64,000 nt of DNA from assembly GCA_964016885.1 (NCBI GenBank), contig OZ024754.1:32054001-32118000 (forward strand), read 5' to 3'. The DNA comes from Eledone cirrhosa (lineage: Eukaryota). Below, piece by piece: positions 40,976 through 55,850 of this stretch. The first letter of the stretch is position 1; each line of letters starts with the position of its first letter. The notes under the pieces are model-generated. The model did not search any database, had not been told where the DNA came from, and saw only the letters and a program-made list of their open reading frames with translations. Position numbers and translations under genes: made by a program.

Positions 40976-42084
40976 ATATATATGTGTATATATATATGTA
41001 TATTCTTAGTAAAATGTAGTGCAGCCGCTACAGGGTATATATAGGGTATATATTGATAACGTGACCTTGACGACGCCTAGTCTAGCGATGAGATTGCTGG
41101 GCAACTTACAGTTAAGGATTTCTGGGTTCGATTCGCAGATTATTGGGAGCATTGTGTCCTTGAGCAAGACACTTCATTTCACATTACTTCAGTTGACTCA
41201 GTTGAAAAGAAAGGAAAAGTATTAGCGGCAGCTAGGAGTTACCCTTACGATCGAAGACGATTCTGTTTCCTTTTATCCGCCTCAAGAGGATATATCCCCG
41301 TCTTTATTCAACTACATCTATATAATACAATAAAGGGCTGTTTCTCAGTCTGTCTGTCCGCCACACATATCTAGGAGTGAAAAGGGGAGGCAACCAACTT
41401 TTTAAGTTGAGGAGAGAAGGGAGATAACTTATGTCATGCTTATAGTTTACTGCAAGCTAAGGAATCTACAAGGGTTGGGGGGTAATAAGGTAGAGAGGGG
41501 TGAGGAGCCAGTGCGGAGGGGGGTGGGGTGGGGGGTCCTAGTTATAGATAATATGCCTTTGTCAAAAGCAAAATCATTTTTTTTAAAATAACATTAATTG
41601 GTTTGAGAGCAAGCTAAAGGCTACCGCCATGGTGGTTCTGGTAACAGCTTTCACATTCATTGAAGCAGACGAGACGATTGTTGTAAACTTTGCTTCTTTG
41701 TTTCTTTCATCTCATTTAATAAAAAAAAAACAATATTTTATTTTATTTATTCGTTGTCCCTGTTGTTCCGCTTCCGACACGAGATAGTGAGCAATATGTG
41801 ACACATACATAAATATACATGGAAGAGAAAAGGGTGATGGTGGTGGTGGTGGTGTCTACTGTAGTGGTGGTGGTGTCTATTGTAGTGGTGGTGGTAGTGG
41901 TATCTATTGTAGTGGTGATGGTAATGGTGGTGGTGGTAGTGGTGGGGGAAATAAAGGTGTTTAGATTCTAACATTCTATCTGTAAGACAGCCCTCTTACA
42001 ATCTCTAGGGTACACCTAAGTACAATCTCGAAGTAAAAGCTTAGGTACAGCGTTTCTTCCGTGTGTGGATAATAATAAATAATA

Positions 42085-42505
42085 TAATTGTTTCTACTTT
42101 TGGCACAAGGCAAGCAATTATACCAGTGTATTACTGGTACTTTATTTTATCGACCCCGTAAGGATGAAAGGTAAAGTTAACCTCGGCGGGATTTGAACTC
42201 AGAGCATAAAGGGCCGTAACTTTTTGCTGCAAAGCATGGCGTCCGACTCTCTACCGATACTGCCAATCCATCACCCTATATAATAAATAAATAATATAAT
42301 ATAATATAATATAATATAATTGTTTCTACTTTAGGCACAAGGCCAGCAATTACCCAGTACATTACTGGTACTTTATTTTATCGACCCCGTAAGGATGAAA
42401 GGCAAAGTCAACCTCGGCGGGATTTGAACTCAGATCGTAAAGGGACGTAACTATGCTGGAAAGCATGGCGTCCGACCCTCTACTGATACTGCCAATCTAC
42501 CGCCC
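42085..42505 (-). mobile_element. Two tandem full-length SINE family 1 copies separated by (ATAAT)n
   Basis: 42085-42275 and 42318-42505. Confidence 0.9.
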
Positions 42506-42517
42506 TTCTATAATATA

Positions 42518-42549
<32 letters not shown>

Positions 42550-43464
42550 GTGTGTGTGTGTGTGTGTGTATAATTAGGTAACAAAGAATCCGTATTGCAT
42601 CATATACCTATTTAATTGCATATTACATATGTTTCACTGTCGATCAGCTCGAGGAACGATCGATTATGTTCGTTCCTGACTCTGCTTCCCAATAGCATCG
42701 AGTGCTCATCTTAGCACACCGCCTCTGAACGCAATCCAATTGCACCTTTACTACTTATATATATATGCTTAAAAATAAGAATAAGAAGAAAGCAAGAACG
42801 GGGGCGCGGGTCCTCATCAGTTGTCTGCTGGGGGTCTCGGATATTTATACGCATTAGAGACAATATATCTACCCCCAGTGCGTTCAATAACTAGGTAAGT
42901 TATTGGGAAAATGACGTAAGGAGGGAAAGAAAATATAGGATAACAGAAGGGAAAAGGGAAAAAAGAGAAAAGAGAAAAACAGCGAAAAGATGCGAAAAAA
43001 AAAACGGGAAACAGCAAATCGAAGAATGTGCGAGCAACTTGAAGAAAGAAAATCCAAGACCACGTCGGTAACTGAACATAAGTTCTAGATTGTGCGGACG
43101 AGCGAAAAGACACGTCTGATCTCAGCGAGTGTAAGTGAGAAAAGAACTGGTAGAGGGTCAGGCGAGGGACAATGAGGTGGCGGGCAGAGAGAGGCTGAGT
43201 GAAAGGGAAAGGGGGAGAGTGAAAGTGAAAGTGAGAGGGAGAGAAAGAAAGAGGCGGAAGAGTAGATAGCAAAGAAATAGGTAGGTAGAAGGAGAGAGAA
43301 GACGGGTCACAGCGAAACATGATAAAATATATGGAGAATAGGATTGGCTGTGTAGGTGCTAGTTAAGGTAGGCTTAAAAATAAGAATAAGAAGAAAGTCA
43401 GAACAGGAGAAGTTTTCCTCATCAGTTGTCTGCTGGGGGTCTCGGATATTTCTACGCATTAAAG

Positions 43465-43529
<65 letters not shown>

Positions 43530-43536
43530 CGTGCGC

Positions 43537-43575
<39 letters not shown>

Positions 43576-43629
43576 TGAGTGTGTGTGTGAGAGAGAGAAG
43601 ATTGGAAAAAAGATGTTGGAAGGTTGACG

Positions 43630-43714
<85 letters not shown>

Positions 43715-43721
<7 letters not shown>

Positions 43722-44273
43722 ATACTTGGGGAGGGTCATATTGTTGTAATAATATTGCCAGAATTAATAACAGAACACACTCACTGTTTGGTTGGTTTTC
43801 GCTTCTGTATCTTTTATATCTCCACAGTTAATTCATTCGGTCCTCAATGTTTACCATTGACTGACCAACGGTCAAAAATACAGATATAATACAGATATAA
43901 ACACATATATATAGTCTAACAAAGTTCTTTCGTTGCACATCTGCAACATCATCAGTGGTACTATTATGTTCCTCCTGTTGTATTGTATATCTACGCCATA
44001 ATACAACAGGAGGAACATAATAGTACCACTGATGATGTTGCAGATGTGCAACGAAAGAACTTTGTTAGACTATATATATATGTGTGTTTATATCTATATT
44101 ATATCTGTATTTTTGACCGTTGGTCAGTCAATGGTAAACATTGAGGACCGAATGAATTAACTGCGGAGATATAAAAGATACAGAAGCGAAAACCAACCAA
44201 ACAGTGAGTGTGTTCTGTTATTAATTCTGGCAATATTATTACAACAATATGACCCTCCCCAAGTATAACAATA
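43715..44273. repeat. About 560-bp near-perfect palindrome (about 270-bp arms, 15-nt spacer)
   Basis: 43715-43984 reverse-complements 44000-44273. Confidence 0.95.
44023..44068 (+). ncRNA. Minimal hammerhead-like motif, mirrored at 43916-43961 (-)
   Basis: CTGATGA-t-gttgca-gatg-tgcaac-GAAA-gaactt; stem I has a mismatch. Confidence 0.65.
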
Positions 44274-44946
44274 TTTGTTTCGACACACGATTTCATATAA
44301 AAAACCTTGCAAAACAAATATATTTTTATATATATATAGAGAGAGAGAGACAGAGAGAGGGGGAGGGATTGTGAGGGGAGGGAGAGAGAGAGAGGGAGAG
44401 AGAAAGGGGGAGTGAGAGAGAGAGGGGGGAGTGATAGAGAGGGGGAGAGAGAGGGGGGAGTGAGAGAGAGAGAGAGAAAGTTAGAAGTTGATAGTGGTGG
44501 TGGTGGTGGTGGTGGTGGTAGTAGTAAGATGAGAGCGGGAAATATTAAATACAGTAAGGTTTTGGTTTAATCTGATATTGTTCGATTCTACCTAGCAACC
44601 GTTTTGTTACCTTCTCCACCACCACCACACCCTCATCTCTTCTCCACCACCACCACACCGTCATCTCTTCTCCACCACCACCACCCCCTCATCTCTTCTC
44701 CACCACCACCACCACACCGTCATCTCTTCTCCACCACCACACACACCCTCATCTCTTCGCAGAATCCTCCGAGCACGAATCTTATCTCTCGAGTGGGTTT
44801 ATTTTGTTTACTTTCTTTGAGACAAAACAGTTAAGAGACCGATTTCGTAGCAACCAACGACCCACCCCTGGACAGAACCAGAGCCGTGTCATTCACAAGG
44901 CTGACTAAGCTAATAACTAGGAGTTCCACAGGGACTAGGGACCCAT

Positions 44947-45010
<64 letters not shown>

Positions 45011-45013
<3 letters not shown>

Positions 45014-45158
45014 CGGAGGAGATGTGGTAAGGAACCAGGTGGACCATAACGCACCAAAGTACTCAATACTTAGGGTAGTAGAGTGGGTAATAGGAACGAG
45101 TAGGACCAGAATTAGCCGTCGAAACGGCTTGAGCTCAGCTGTCGGGGTCTTACTCGTT

Positions 45159-45162
<4 letters not shown>
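45011..45162. mobile_element. Family E foldback with 3' half of a hammerhead (copies 55645-55805, 56080-56240)
   Basis: GAAA-cggc-ttgagctca-gctg-TC-ggggt at 45121-45148; arms taggaacgagtaggacc / ggtcttactcgttccta. Confidence 0.75.
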
Positions 45163-45222
<60 letters not shown>

Positions 45223-45226
45223 TGAG

Positions 45227-45273
45227 ATTCTACAGGACTAGAACTGTTTCATTCATTAGAAATCATCAGGAAT
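45227..45273 (-). ncRNA. Type I hammerhead ribozyme, family C
   Basis: attc-CTGATGA-tttc-taat-gaat-GAAA-cag-ttctagtc-ctg-TA-gaat. Confidence 0.85.
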
Positions 45274-45299
45274 ATATTTATATATAAAGTCTAAAGTCT

Positions 45300-45565
45300 C
45301 TCTTAAGTCAGAAGGCTCATTTGGCCGGTGCTTATCCCGGTTTCATGGCGTAAAGTGATTAAGAGTACAAGACTCCCCCCTGGACAGGACGCCAGTCCAT
45401 CGCAGGGTTAAACCTCCAGCTATTGCTGGTACTCGTTTTCAGCTGAGTATACTGGAGCAACGTGAAATGAAGTGTTTTGCTCAAGAACACAACACGCAAC
45501 CCAGGAATCGAACCCACGACATTATGATCGTAAGTCCAACACCCTTACCACTAGGCCACGCGCCT

Positions 45566-45568
<3 letters not shown>
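45300..45568 (-). mobile_element. tRNA-derived CORE-type SINE
   Basis: ggaggcgcgtggcctagtggtaagg A box, ggttcgattcc B box, CORE-like domain. Confidence 0.82.
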
Positions 45569-45618
<50 letters not shown>

Positions 45619-45637
45619 CACATACATATATGTGTGT

Positions 45638-45679
<42 letters not shown>

Positions 45680-45730
45680 TAAAATAACAGATTAAAGTTT
45701 AAGCAAAGAATCGCTGCTTTCATCCTTAAC

Positions 45731-45803
<73 letters not shown>

Positions 45804-46363
45804 CCCATTAAGGATGAACATTTTTTTTATTTTCTATTTATATTTTTATATATATATTGCTCTAGTGCCTGGGTTGAAAGGGGGTAAAAGTCTGGTTGAA
45901 GCCCAGAGGTTCATCAGGTCGGAGTTTAACCTGCTTTCATTTGCTTTAAGCGACAATCCCTAGCTGTTGCTGCTGTAGCTGCTGGTACATATTTTCAGCC
46001 AAGTGAAGTGAGGCAGCAGGAAATTAAATTTTTTTATCAAGAACACAAAGCACCAAATGGTTCAGAAATCGAGCCTAAGGTATTATGATAGTAAGCTCAA
46101 CACTCTAACCACTAAGCTACCAGAAGTGTCCTGAAATACTCGAATGCTTTCAATCACGAACCGAGCAGTCTAACCATTAAGCCACGTTCTTTCACACATG
46201 CGTGCACAAAACATACATGCATACGTGCATACATACATACATACATACATACATACATACATACATACATACGTACATACATACATAAATACATACTACA
46301 TACATAGATACATACGTACTACATACATACATACATACATACATACATACATACATACATGAT

Positions 46364-46458
46364 GATGGCTGCCCCCTCGTTATCGAGTATGATGGCTGCC
46401 CCCTCGTTATCGAGTATGATGGCTGCCCCCTCGTTATCGAGTATGGCCATTGTACGAG
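46364..46458 (-). repeat. Three tandem 27-bp copies of an RTE-like 3' stem-loop followed by (ATGT)n
   Basis: Unit atactcgataacgagggggcagccatc resembles 28530-28560. Confidence 0.8.
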
Positions 46459-46535
46459 GAGAAAAAAAAAATAAATAAATAAATTAATAAATAAATAAAA
46501 TAAAAAATAAAAACAGGTTAATGGAATATACATAC

Positions 46536-46627
<92 letters not shown>

Positions 46628-48188
46628 GTACATACGTACATACGTACATACGTACATACATACATACATACATACATGCGTACATAATACATGCATGCGT
46701 ACGTACGTACATACATACATACATATCTGTATGTATATATGCAAACATTTATGTATGTACTGTATCTATGTACTGTATGTAAGTATGTATATGCATGTGT
46801 GTGTATGCGTGCGCTTTTGTGCATCTCATTTATACATGTTTAATGAAATGCACAAATAAAAATTCCATTAACCTGTTTTATGTTGCGTCGTTTGTTTTGT
46901 TATATTAGTAAGGGAGTGAATAAATACAGTAGCTTTCCTACGTTACAAGGACCATTGGGTCGATGGGTGACTGAGTTCTAGGCTTCATTCGTAGCCACCA
47001 TTATCCTTGTGTAACCAGAATGCTTTAGTCTTAGCATAAAATATTACTTTTTTCAGTGAATAAAAATTAGAGTGACTATTGTTGTTATTGTTATTATTAT
47101 TACCGTTATTTTTTTATGTAGTCTTTATTCTAGCTTTTAACGATGTTACGGTATTGGTCTCGAGTAAAATAACTGACTGAAATAAATAAATATGATAAAA
47201 GGTTTATCTGTCAGTTTAAATTTGATAATACTAACTTGTGAAAACTTCAAGCTCGCAGCATTAATGTGTGGAAAAAACAATTAAATATTTCTCAAATTTC
47301 TTCCTTTTTTATGGAAATTCACAGAAAACATTAAAGGATGATTGAAATGGCGGTTTCATCTTCAGAATACAAGAAACTAAAATGGCTGCTGTTTTTTTTT
47401 TTTCTTCTTCACTAACTTTAACCCTTTTGATACCAAACTGCATGAAACCGCCTTTGGTTTTATGTCATACAAAGCTGCTTATACGCAAGTGTTGATATTT
47501 ATTTAAACACCAACTATTATAATTTCATTTCAGAACCTTTGCTTAGTTATGTTTCAAACACCAACTTAATAATGAGAAAAATAGTTATATTGCTTTCAGT
47601 TGAGTATACTGGAGCAACGAGAAACGAAACGTTTTGCTCAAGAATACAACACACAACCTATTCCAGGAATCGAACCCACGGCCTTATGATCATAAGTTCG
47701 ACACCATTACCACTAGACCACGTGGTCCCACTCTTGGGTGCCTTTAACGGAATCCACTCTGACACCGCTGGCTCGGCCTGAACAAGAAATAGAATTAAGG
47801 TGTTCGCTCCAACATAACTGTATACAAACATGTATGTAAAGTTTATATATCGAATAATATACGATATGTTTACGAATAAACATTTTAAAGCCACCCTAAA
47901 GCTCTGTATGCAAATGAAGCTAATCAGCCCAAATACATAAGCGTTATATGGTTGCGGCTTATTTGAGTTGCAGTATGGGGCAGTATGGGGCGAAGAAAGG
48001 GTGCATAACCTTGCCAACGGCCACACAACCAGAAACAACTGTCGTTTACTTCCTCCATTACTTCTACCGCAACAAGGTAGATGGCGACAACCATCACCTT
48101 TAAAATTCATAGCTAAAGGCTTTCAAATGTTTATTCGTAACCATATCGTGTATTATTTGATATACAAACTTTATATGTGAGTGTGTAT

Positions 48189-48235
<47 letters not shown>

Positions 48236-48975
48236 CAAGTGTTGTTTGTGTGTGTAAACTTTTATTAATATTAGCAATTATTTTTCTATTTATATCTTTG
48301 ATATGTATATCACTAACAGCTTACGCTTATCTTTGTTATAAATACTGTATTTTGTACTTCAGACACCATTCACCAGATCAGCGTCACTCACGAAACTCAC
48401 AAGACGAAGGGAGACTAATCACAGCAGTAAAGTATACAATCACACTTTAAATATGTATTTTTATCTTGTTTAAAAATTCAAACATACATCTAACCTTCTA
48501 TGATTTTGTATGTGAATATGTGTATGTGTGTGTATGTGTGTGTGCGCACACCCGTGTGTGTGTGTGTGCACCCGTGTCTGTGTCTGTGTATGGGTGTGTG
48601 TGTGTGTGTGTGTCTGTGGTTATAGTGTCGGTAATGGTGATGGTGGGCAAAGGTGATAATGATGTTGGTGGTGTTGGTGGTGTTGGTGATGTTGGTTGTG
48701 TTGGTGGTGGCGGCGATAATTAAGGTCGTGGTGATAATGATGATAGTGGTGTTGATGGTGTTGATGGTGGTGTCGGTGGTGGTGGTGGTGGTTGGGGTGA
48801 GAAACAAAAAGCCGGAACCGGATGGTGTTTAATGGCGTTATTCCTCAGAGGTTCCATACAAAAAGCAAAAAAAAACCTTATCAGCCACACACACGCATAC
48901 ATACTCAGACACACACATATATATATATATATATGTATATGTATATATATATTTTATACACACGCACACTCACAC

Positions 48976-49750
<775 letters not shown>

Positions 49751-50122
49751 CATTCATCTATCTATCTATCTAACAACTCCGCGGTAATGCCCCCCGCCTC
49801 CTCTATTAGGGAATACAATTGTTTACTTTAATTGTTAAACTTGTTTACACGATTTTATGTAAAAGCCCGGCCGTCACGTCTATTAATGTCCCATTTCTTG
49901 TGTGCCCTTGTGGCAAATAAAGAACTATATCTACCTAACACGGTAACCTGAGTCATTAAACCAACATGGCTGTTCACTTTGCTTGGTGCAGGCCACAGCA
50001 TTGATACTATGGTGTAAAAACTCATTAAGCTACTGCCGATTTATATTTTGGTCAACTATTTAGTCTTGCACGATATGTTGTGTTAATATATAAGTATCAA
50101 TATTTCATTATATATTCATGCC

Positions 50123-50315
50123 AAGGGCGGTAGATTGGCAGTATCGGTAGAGGGTCGGACGCCATGCTTTGCAGCATAGTTACGTCCCTTTGCGGTCTGA
50201 GTTCAAATCCCGCCGAGGTTAACTTTGCCTTTCATCCTTACGGGGGTCGATAAAATAAAGTACCAGTAATGTACTGGGTAATTGATGGCCTTGTGCCAAA
50301 TGTAGAAACAATTAT
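50123..50315 (+). mobile_element. Full-length SINE family 1 with probable target-site duplication tatattcatgc
   Basis: gggcggtagattggcagtatcgg..gagttcaaatcc; attatatattcatgc present on both sides. Confidence 0.9.
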
Positions 50316-50669
50316 ATATTCATGCTCTTAGAAATATAAGGTACGTATGTCTAAATCGCTGTGCGGCCTTGGGGTAGTGTGGCTAACAGGGGCAATGTGC
50401 TTCTTGGGAGGCATTTGGAATTGTGCGGAAGATCGACTGGAAGAAAGTTTGGTTATGGGAGCCAGCCAGAACCAGTTTTCTCGTTTGCTCCGTCTAAATC
50501 CTAGTTTCTTAAGCCTAAAACATTGAACGGTAGAAGAGATTGGCCTGTGCAAATGCCAGAAGGTTTTTAAAAATGAGGTCTATGCGGTCCGGTTGCCCAT
50601 TCTAAGCCTGAAGAACAGATACACAGGTACTTAGAGTACTGGCTGATGCAGTAGAAGGGAGGATAACGG

Positions 50670-51630
50670 ATTAAGTTGACTATCAAAGGACCAAGAGGTG
50701 GTGTTAAACAGGGTAACAGATTAAGTTGATCACTCAATGACCAGGTGATGGTGTTAAACGGGGTAACAGATTAAATTGACCACTCAAGGACTAGGAGGCG
50801 ATGTTAAACGGGGTAATGTATTAAATTGACCATTCAAGGACCAGGAGGTGGTGTTAAACGGGGTAATGTATTAAATTGACCATTCAAGAACCAGGAGGTG
50901 GTGTTAAACGGGGTAATGTATTAAATTGACCACTCAAGGACCAGGAGGTGGTGTTAAACTGGATAATGTATTAAATTGACCACTCAAGGACCAGGAGGTG
51001 GTGTTAAACGGGGTAATGTATTAAATTGACCACTCAAGGACCAGGAGGTGGTGTTAAACTGGATAATGTATTAAATTGACCACTCAAGGACCAGGAGGCG
51101 ATGTTAAACGGGGTAATGTATTAAATTGACCACTCAAGGACCAGGAGGTGGTGTTAAACGGGGTAATGTATTAAATTGACCACTCAAGGACCAGGAGGTG
51201 GTGTTAAACTGGGTAATGTATTAAATTGACCACTCAAGGACCAGGAGGTGGTGTTAAACTGGGTAATGTATTAAATTGACCACTCAAGGACCAGGAGATG
51301 GTGTTAAACTGGATAATGTATTAAATTGACCACTCAAGGACCAGGAGGTGGTGTTAAACGGGGTAATGTATTAAATTGACCACTCAAGGACCAGGAGGTG
51401 GTGTTAAACGGGGTAATGTATTAAATTGACCACTCAAGGACCAGGAGGTGGTGTTAAACTGGATAATGTATTAAATTGACCACTCAAGGACCAGGAGGCG
51501 ATGTTAAACGGGGTAATGTATTAAATTGACCACTCAAGGACCAGGAGGTGGTGTTAAACGGGGTAATGTATTAAATTGACCATTCAAGGACCAGGAGGTG
51601 GTGTTAAACGGAGTAATAGATTAAGTTTAC
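50670..51630. repeat. 50-bp minisatellite, about 19 copies
   Basis: ttaaattgaccactcaaggaccaggaggtggtgttaaacggggtaatgta; homogeneous centre, diverged edges. Confidence 0.96.
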
Positions 51631-52021
51631 CTTCGAAGTAGGCCACTGCAGGATTTGAACGTATGGTTGGATTGCCTTTGATCATAGGTCTGATCGATAC
51701 GGATTGATCTAGAGCTAAATATCAGTAGCAACAACAGCAATTAACTCCCCCTCAACCTCCAGTACCGTTATCGCTATATAATCTTCATTTTTTTCTCGAG
51801 TCAAGTCTTCACTAAGATCTCACACCTGTACAGGTAAACACACGTACACACACACACACACGCACACGCCTTACAATCCAGTCTCTGCACCTCCACGTGT
51901 ATACATACAGTCAACAAATCCTTATTACTTTCCTAGCGATCCTGACATCGTCTTCCCCACTGCTGCCTCTAGTTATGACCTGTCCAACAATAAAGGTATA
52001 TTCATGTATGCACAAGCAGCC

Positions 52022-52104
<83 letters not shown>

Positions 52105-52334
52105 GCACATTATATCGGTAATTATATAAGTGTTTACGGTTTGACTATATAGTACTATATATATCCCACCGCCCTATATATACATATACATATACACACA
52201 CACAGATACATACACACATATATACATTCATACATACATACATACATACATACATACATACAAACACGCACACAGATACATACATACATATATTATACAT
52301 TTACAAACGAATATTCGCATACACACACACACAC

Positions 52335-52434
<100 letters not shown>

Positions 52435-53301
52435 TGGCTGCCAACTCGTTTTCGAGTACGGCCACTACCTTATATCCATGTAGGAGAACCTCTACCGATG
52501 CGCTGAACGAGTGTGACTTTTTAGTCCAGCCAGCGACTTGAAAACTCTGCTACAAACACTACACTTGTGACAATTATTGACACATAGTGCTGGGCTCATG
52601 GGCCCATGGTACCATGTGACGACAAGTGCAGAGAGATCTCCAGATATAAAGCAATGCCTGTGCCGTGAAGCTTTTATAGTGAGCAAAGGCACTGCACAAA
52701 GCCAGTCCCACTCTCTTAACCAAGAGATGATATTTATCAAAAAGAAGAACAAGTCAACATCATTGGATACCATCAGGGTTGCAGGTGTTATATCAGAGTT
52801 TTCCTTCTCCTAGAATTCTGCCTTGACAAAGGCTAAGGGGTCATCTCTCCCGGTGATTGATTTGGATGGCCATTGACTCTTAAGAGCTCCTTTGCCCTAT
52901 GACAGGTGTTGTTTTTAGTCCTGCAGAATGTCCAAAGTCACCCTCCTCACCAAGAAACCTTGGTGGGGTTGGCAGTTTAGTCGCCAACGACCCGACCATG
53001 AGACAGGTTGTACTGGGATACATGTTACCAGTAGCATAAACATATGCTTGTGTGTGTGTCTGTGTGTCTGCGTGTGTACTATACCGGTATACATTTATGT
53101 AAGCGTGCAGAGGGTATAGTATATATACGTATATACACCCATATAAATATATATATGCATTATGAATATATATATTTAGGAAGAGAGAGAGAGAGATAAA
53201 CATACATTCTCGTACATGCACATGCACGCACACACATGCATACACAGGAACGCGTGCAAACACACCCACACATATCCTCCCCCCCCACGCGCGTGCACAA
53301 G

Positions 53302-53353
<52 letters not shown>

Positions 53354-53486
53354 CGTATTTACAGAATAGTACACAAACGTTTGTCCATTGTGCGCGGCAG
53401 CTGAAAACATTTCCAGCGATCACCTGGAAAGGTATTGTGACGTGTGTGAGCAGAGATCGATAGATCAATAATACAGATATAGAAAT

Positions 53487-53529
<43 letters not shown>

Positions 53530-54124
53530 CATTACTATAATAACAAGTCTTAAATAATGCATTTAGTCCATTAGTTGTCCTTAACACACATTGTGATGGT
53601 CCTCCGTCGATTCCGGCGAGGAGTCTTCCAGTTGTTCGAACAAGGGAGACGCCTGAAATTAACATACATGTTGCTGACCATTCCACAGGCATGTGTAAGC
53701 TGAACGCAGTTCTCAGGGAGATTCAGGGATCATGCCGACGGGGTATGTGGCAAAGCTGGCCCCTTTGAGCTACAAAATACAACTCATATTTGCCAACTGA
53801 GTTTAAATGAAGCATGTGAAATAAAGTACGTTGTGTTCAATGGAAAAACGCACTTCTAGAAATCAAACCCCAGACCAGGGGCCAGCACGTGTGACCCCAT
53901 TTGCTCACCATACAAAGAGATGGAAAGGACGAGAGAGATGGAGGCGATGACAGTAGGAATTCGGCTCTTCCATGTTCGGACCATATCCTTGTGGTTGTAT
54001 TTATTTATTATGCATACATACATACACTGACGGGGCTAGAAGCTGCTAAATGTTCGGTCACCCTCATGTCTCTGATTTTCAGCCCCATGGATTTTGTCTA
54101 TTATATTCCTTTGTAAAATTTCGA

Positions 54125-54182
54125 ATACCTGATGATGTCACCGGATTCATACTGAACCCGGTCATTCAAATGATCATAGTAT
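54125..54182 (+). ncRNA. Hammerhead ribozyme family K with G12-to-C core lesion
   Basis: atac-CTGATGA-tgtcaccgg..ccggtcatt-CAAA-tgatcata-gtat; palindromic ATGATCAT stem III. Confidence 0.7.
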
Positions 54183-54229
54183 AATAAACCTTTTAAGGAA
54201 GAAGTACACCAGTCCAGCCTCCTGTTATT

Positions 54230-54292
<63 letters not shown>

Positions 54293-54346
54293 TAAAATAA
54301 CAGATTAAAGTTTAAGCAAAGAATCGCTGCTTTCACCCTTAACGGG

Positions 54347-55444
54347 TACGGAGTACGGCGTTGCGCGTGTTGTAATGTCCGGTCTTTTTTGACCAGCCGC
54401 AGTTCCACAATATTCGGAGATTCATATATGCGGATGATCTCTGCACCGTAACACAGTCAAGCTCCTTTGACACCATCGAGGAAAGACTATCAAATGCCCT
54501 GACAACTCTCTCTGCATACTACAAAAAATGCTACCTTAACGCTAATGCCAGCAAAACGCAGGTGTGTGCCTTCCATCTTAATAACCACTAAGCAAACAGG
54601 AAACTAAAAATCAGATGGGGCAACAATGAACTGGAAAACCACCCTCATCCAGTTTACCTCGGAGTTGCCCTTGATAGAATGCTCTCCTTCAAACAACACA
54701 TAGACAAACTTAAAAGTAAACTGGCAACTAGAAATAATCTCCTCAGCAAACTAACCAACACCAGCTGGGGTGCAGATCCCATAACACTGAGACAAACAGC
54801 ACTGCCACTCTGCTACTCCACCGCAGAATATTGTTCACCAGTATGGGCAAGGTCGTGCCATGCAAACAGAGTTGACCCAGATTTGAACAAATCATGCCAA
54901 ATGATCACGCGAACATTAAAAGCAACTTCCATTCCAGCCGTATACACTCTTGCCGACATTCCACCGCCCCACATACGACGAGAGGTCAACGCAAAAACTG
55001 AACGGTACAAACAACATCCACTCTATGGCCACCGGAAATAAGAAGACGATTAAAATCTCGAAAAAGCTTCTTAACCGTGGATAGACTGGAGCATGCGCAA
55101 TCGGCGGCTCACAGGTTGGGAAAGTGGAGGGAGAGTGACCGCAGCCCACCCAACGCGGCCTTACCAAGCCCAAATGAAAGCCTCCCCAATGGAACATCTC
55201 TTAGCAGAAAGGACTGGGTAACCCTAAACAGGGCCAGAGCCAAAACGGGCAAAACTGGAGACAACCTCCACAAATGGGGATTGGCCACCTGCGCTGAGTG
55301 TCCCTGCGGCGAGCCCTCCCAGACCATAGCCCACATCCTCCGTGGGTACTCACTGGGACCCACATGCTCCGACAAAGACCTGATGGAAGCAAACGACGCT
55401 GCACTTCAATGGATACGGCACTGGCGCGACAATATATGATGATG
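54347..55444 (+). mobile_element. Vingi/Ingi-like LINE (RT 3' half + C-terminal Cys/His motif), with 12-bp TSD
   Basis: FIYADDL, YLGVALDR, RNNLLSKLTNTSWGA, YSTAEYCSPVW, CPCG..QTIAHIL; (TGA)n tail; acccttaacggg at 54335-54346 and 55445-55456. Confidence 0.88.
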
Positions 55445-55504
55445 ACCCTTAACGGGATCCTCTGAAACTCAGAAGATCCCGTTAAGAGTGAAAGCAACGA
55501 TTCT

Positions 55505-55802
55505 TTGAAAACTTTAATCTGTTATTTTAATAAATATTTGCTCGACGGTTCTTATATATTTGATATATATTTATCCTTATCGAGCCCTCTTTCGATTTTA
55601 GTCTTCACATTTATTATTATTACTATATATATATATATATATATATGAAAAAGTTTAACCCCGATGACAGAGCTCAAGCCGTATCGACGCCTTGAGCTCT
55701 GCCATCGGGGTTAAACTTTTTCCTATTACCCACTCTACTACCCTAAGTATTGAGTACTCTGGTGCGTTATGGTCCATCTGGTTCCTTACCACACCTCCTT
55801 TG

Positions 55803-55850
<48 letters not shown>

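Noticed and set aside
44585-44602. RFX X-box-like ctacctagcaac
   Set aside because: Imperfect match with no linked transcript evidence
47658-48110. 150-aa minus ORF
   Set aside because: Ends in SINE sequence, no domain or splice support
50123-50215. tRNA gene (A and B boxes)
   Set aside because: No cloverleaf; continues into the multi-copy SINE body
50670-51630. CRISPR-like periodic array
   Set aside because: Units are contiguous with no unique spacers, no cas genes, eukaryotic context
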